51,456 nucleotides of DNA. Source: an uncultured Alistipes sp. GTDB lineage: Bacteria > Bacteroidota > Bacteroidia > Bacteroidales > Rikenellaceae. The notes under the pieces are model-generated. The model had not been told where the DNA came from, searched no databases, and saw nothing but the letters and a program-made list of their open reading frames with translations. Where the stretch lies: NCBI GenBank assembly GCA_937895825.1, contig CALBKP010000025.1:1-51456 (forward strand), given 5' to 3'. The position numbers and the translations under genes were made by a program. Shown in pieces: positions 48,271-51,456 of this stretch (its first letter is position 1; each line of letters begins with the position of its first letter).

Positions 48271-48690
48271 TTAGTTAAGCTCCTGACCAAAGTCATAGTA
48301 GCCACCAGTCTCGTGATAAATAGTGCTACCACCCTCATACTCACGGATAGTCTTGTTAATCTTGTTGTACAAAATGTTGTACTCCTTCTGAGCAGCCATG
48401 AAGCCCTGCTTACCAGAAACGATGTAACGCTGGATCAATACGAGATCCTCACGAAGGTCACGAATCTCATCGATAGTCTCGCATGCCTTATACTCATCGT
48501 TTGCCTGACGCAAAAGGTCAGTAACGATCTCAAGCTGATTCATCTTGTTAGCCTTCTTGTACTGCTTGAAAGCTGCATCAGTATGAACCTGATCAAGAGA
48601 GATCACAACGTCCTTACGGCCCTGAGCAAAGCAACTAACACTTGCAAGTGTGAACAATGCGATAACCGCCAATGACAAAATATTTTTCAT
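48271..48690 (-). CDS. Small secreted helical protein, paralogue D
   Basis: Signal CFA|Q; direct duplicate of C at 509-bp offset. Confidence 0.85.
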   Translation of the reverse strand: MKNILSLAVIALFTLASVSCFAQGRKDVVISLDQVHTDAAFKQYKKANKMNQLEIVTDLLRQANDEYKACETIDEIRDLREDLVLIQRYIVSGKQGFMAAQKEYNILYNKINKTIREYEGGSTIYHETGGYYDFGQELN

Positions 48691-48732
48691 AACTCTATAA
48701 GTTTTAAAGTTAAGTTATTTCGTTTAATTCAA

Positions 48733-49737
48733 TTAGAACTTCTTAAGAACGTTCTCCTTCTTCTTATCGAGCTTAGGAGCTGACTCATCCTCAGAGTAGA
48801 TCTTCAAAGAGTTAGCCTCTGCCTCACGCTTCTGCTTCTCCAAATCCTCATCACGCTTCTTTACCTGATCAACATAATTCTGAAGCACTTCAATCTGCTC
48901 ATTTGCAGCCTGAATCTGCTCCTCAGCGATCTCGCTGTTAGCCTCAGCCTCAGCAACTGCTGTCTGCAACTCCTCGTTAAGAGCGACAGCTGTCAACATA
49001 AGAGCCTCACGCTCAGCCTGAGCCTCAGCGAGCTTCTTCTGAGTGCGTGCGCGCTCAACAGCCGATGCGTTCTGAGAGTTCTCCAACTCAACGTTGAGAG
49101 CCTCGATCAACTCGTCGCTTGCAGTAAGATCCTGCTGTACCTGCTCGATCTGCTGCTGCTTAGTCTCGATCTCCTTGTTGAACTTGTCAGCCTGGTAGAG
49201 ATTCCATGCTACAAGACCTGCAACTGCAAGGACAAAGAGAATAACGATGCACCACAAAGCGCGCTTGTAAGGAGCAAGTGCCTGCTGACGGAACAAGTTA
49301 AGACGCTCTGTCATACCGATACTGCTAACAAGGCTCTGCTTGCCCTGAGGAATGATGAAGCCCATCAAAGGACCGCGTGAAGAGAGACGAATCTCATCAC
49401 CCGAGTTAAGTATCTTCTCCTCAGAGATAGGCTGACCATTTACGAGTGTTGTATTTGTCTGTGAAAGGGGGATGATCTTCCAGTTCTCACCCTCCTTAAC
49501 GATAGCTGCGTGACGACGGCTAACAGTCTCGAAAGACTCGTCGAAACGTACCTGACATGCTGAATCGCGGCCCAACTCAACCTGATCAACGATGATCTTC
49601 TGAGACTCGCCTGCGTGGTGATACAAAGACTCGGTCTTGTGCTCCAGAATGTAGTACTGACGACCTGAAGCATTAAAGACAGCAGCAACACCAGCACCTA
49701 CTGAACCAGCGACTGTTCTTTTGTAATTTGCCTCCAT
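48733..49737 (-). CDS. FHA domain - TM - periplasmic coiled-coil protein
   Basis: LGRD...VSRRHA...NTTLVNG FHA motifs; TM LWCIVILFVLAVAGLVAW; long heptad region. Confidence 0.9.
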   Translation of the reverse strand: MEANYKRTVAGSVGAGVAAVFNASGRQYYILEHKTESLYHHAGESQKIIVDQVELGRDSACQVRFDESFETVSRRHAAIVKEGENWKIIPLSQTNTTLVNGQPISEEKILNSGDEIRLSSRGPLMGFIIPQGKQSLVSSIGMTERLNLFRQQALAPYKRALWCIVILFVLAVAGLVAWNLYQADKFNKEIETKQQQIEQVQQDLTASDELIEALNVELENSQNASAVERARTQKKLAEAQAEREALMLTAVALNEELQTAVAEAEANSEIAEEQIQAANEQIEVLQNYVDQVKKRDEDLEKQKREAEANSLKIYSEDESAPKLDKKKENVLKKF

Positions 49738-49788
49738 AAAATTAGTTTTTAAGTTAGTTAATAAGTTTGTTATGTATTGATAATACTT

Positions 49789-51141
49789 TTATTGCACCTC
49801 AAACTTGAGCTTAATATCACCGATGGTGATAATATCGCCAATGTTTAACTCAACACCCTCCTTGTGTACCTCGCGCGAATTAACATAGGTACCATTCGTT
49901 GAGTTCTGCCACTCACGCGTCTCGCTGTTCCACTGACCATCTCTAATCTGCCAACGCATATCCTGAAGATTCTCGATGGTACAATGTCTACGCGACACGT
50001 AAGACTCCTCGAAGTCGACAATCTGCACAGTACATGAGCTATCACGACCCACCGTAAGCACACGTCGTCCTGCCAACGTAGCCAAGGCCTGGAGCTCATA
50101 CACACGGCCAAACTCCTTACCCTGCATGACACGCAGTGTTCGCTTACCAGGGGTTGTCGCACTCTGCTGCTGATCAAGGCTATTTGAACGGTAGCTAACA
50201 GCCGAAGGGGTAGCGCCCACACCATTTGAGCGCGACACCGAGCCGCTATATGTATCTGCCGGGAGCAGTGCCATCACCTCCTTTACAGAACTTATTCTAT
50301 GCTTAAAGTCGGGCACGAGGCAGCGAGCGATCAGGCTCTCCCAATCTCTACCATGAGGCGTAGACAGAAGCTTTGTTCTATCCCACTCGCCAACCTTACC
50401 TCTGCGCTGATAGTGAACCAAGTCGTTCTGATCCTCAAGCTTACCGAAGGGTAGCTCTCCCGTGATAAGTTGGAACATCATAACACCAAACGAGTAGATA
50501 TCCGTGGTGGGAAGCACCGTACTGTTACCGCGTGCTCTATTCACCTGCTCGGGAGGCATATAGGCATACGTACCGAATATCTGCGTGGGCTTACCAAAGA
50601 TATTTCGCTCGGTCATTCGCTTATTTCTATCGCCGCTGATACCAAAATCGGTAAGCAGAGCTGTACCATCCGACCTGAAGAGTACATTCTCGGGCTTAAG
50701 GTCGCGATGTACCTTACCGTTGATGTGAAGGTCGTGCAAGCCGTTCAACACATCCTTAGCTACACGCACCAACGACACATCGGTCTTACCTATATATTTA
50801 GAGAGGTCGCCACCATCGCAAAACTCCATGACTATATATGGATTGCCCTTCAACATGCCAGAGTCGACCGAGTGAACGAGGTTGCGACTCTTGATACAGC
50901 TGGTCTTATACTCCATCTCGAAACGGCTAATCAGCGGCTGACGAATAGATGCTGGCACATCCCACAGACGCAAGAGCTTAACAGCCCATACCTTGCCACT
51001 ATGGTCATGCACCTTATATACAACGCCAAACGAACCCTCGCCTAACGCCTTCTCTACCACATAACGCGCAGCGATAGTATCCCCAGGGTTACAGCAGCAA
51101 CGCTCGGGAACGGGCATACTATTATGTGAAGAGGTCATCAT
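49789..51141 (-). CDS. Cytoplasmic Ser/Thr kinase (RD) with C-terminal FHA domain
   Basis: GEGSFG, AVK, HRDLKPEN, DFG, GTYAYMPPE; VGRD...VSRRH...STNGTYVN. Confidence 0.95.
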   Translation of the reverse strand: MMTSSHNSMPVPERCCCNPGDTIAARYVVEKALGEGSFGVVYKVHDHSGKVWAVKLLRLWDVPASIRQPLISRFEMEYKTSCIKSRNLVHSVDSGMLKGNPYIVMEFCDGGDLSKYIGKTDVSLVRVAKDVLNGLHDLHINGKVHRDLKPENVLFRSDGTALLTDFGISGDRNKRMTERNIFGKPTQIFGTYAYMPPEQVNRARGNSTVLPTTDIYSFGVMMFQLITGELPFGKLEDQNDLVHYQRRGKVGEWDRTKLLSTPHGRDWESLIARCLVPDFKHRISSVKEVMALLPADTYSGSVSRSNGVGATPSAVSYRSNSLDQQQSATTPGKRTLRVMQGKEFGRVYELQALATLAGRRVLTVGRDSSCTVQIVDFEESYVSRRHCTIENLQDMRWQIRDGQWNSETREWQNSTNGTYVNSREVHKEGVELNIGDIITIGDIKLKFEVQ

Positions 51142-51456
51142 TTATTTAACGAACTTATAGCGTTTTCCCTGAATCTCAACAATATCATCGAGTTTTAGCA
51201 CGATGGGTGCCTCGCCAAGAGCATCAACGGGCTCCAATCTAAAGGTGTTCTCATCGCTGTCGTCAACAACGAGCGTTGAGATCTCTCGAACTGTAGCCTT
51301 GAGGTTCTTATTCGAAAGCTTTGGTGCAGCCACCTGAGCTCCACCAATTGCCACCGTCGCCTTCGCAAACTTAGCTGCTTTATCCTCCGATGCCTTAGGC
51401 TGCTCGGGCTCTGCGGGAAGCTCACCACCGAGAGCCACCGTCGCCTTCGCAAACTT
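51142..51456 (-). CDS. 5'-truncated protein with repeated KFAKATVA motifs and FHA-like terminal strands
   Basis: Frame open to the window edge; 23-bp direct repeat 51350-51372/51434-51456; ends LKLDDIVEIQGKRYKF; abuts kinase ATG. Confidence 0.7.
   Translation of the reverse strand, partial: KFAKATVALGGELPAEPEQPKASEDKAAKFAKATVAIGGAQVAAPKLSNKNLKATVREISTLVVDDSDENTFRLEPVDALGEAPIVLKLDDIVEIQGKRYKFVK

Noticed and set aside
30395..51456. Complete type VI secretion system or prophage
   Set aside because: No Hcp, VgrG, sheath, baseplate, ClpV, capsid, terminase or integrase genes recognisable in the window

Overview
Bacteroidota chromosome fragment. TAnnTTTG promoters and gene content suggest an Alistipes/Rikenellaceae-like organism (inference). 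Positions 1-26.3 kb are mostly housekeeping: dapD (partial), rplY, pth, galE, MscS, LolC/E-type permease, menG/ubiE, SPOR protein, lysC, recJ, lipB, lipA, FucP-type MFS, polyprenyl synthase, dnaB and comM/yifB. This half also holds a Cys-rich lipoprotein and a TolC-HlyD-MFS efflux operon bracketed by long degenerate inverted repeats. Positions 26.4-30.2 kb hold an unknown lipoprotein, a non-coding 77-bp tandem array with an adjacent anti-repeat, and a TPR-TM-HTH regulator whose downstream promoter has no CDS. Positions 30.4-51.5 kb are a co-oriented minus-strand cluster, truncated at the right edge. It encodes two Ser/Thr kinases, a PP2C phosphatase, FHA proteins, four tandem secreted paralogues, a TssR-like VWA protein, two proteins sharing a new domain, an OM barrel, an ABC transporter, and BACON and WG-repeat proteins, with no T6SS tube/sheath genes in view. 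This cluster is the best candidate for an undescribed trans-envelope phospho-signalling or conflict system. No rRNA, tRNA, integrase, transposase or CRISPR was seen. All family assignments come from motif recognition by eye, not database searches.
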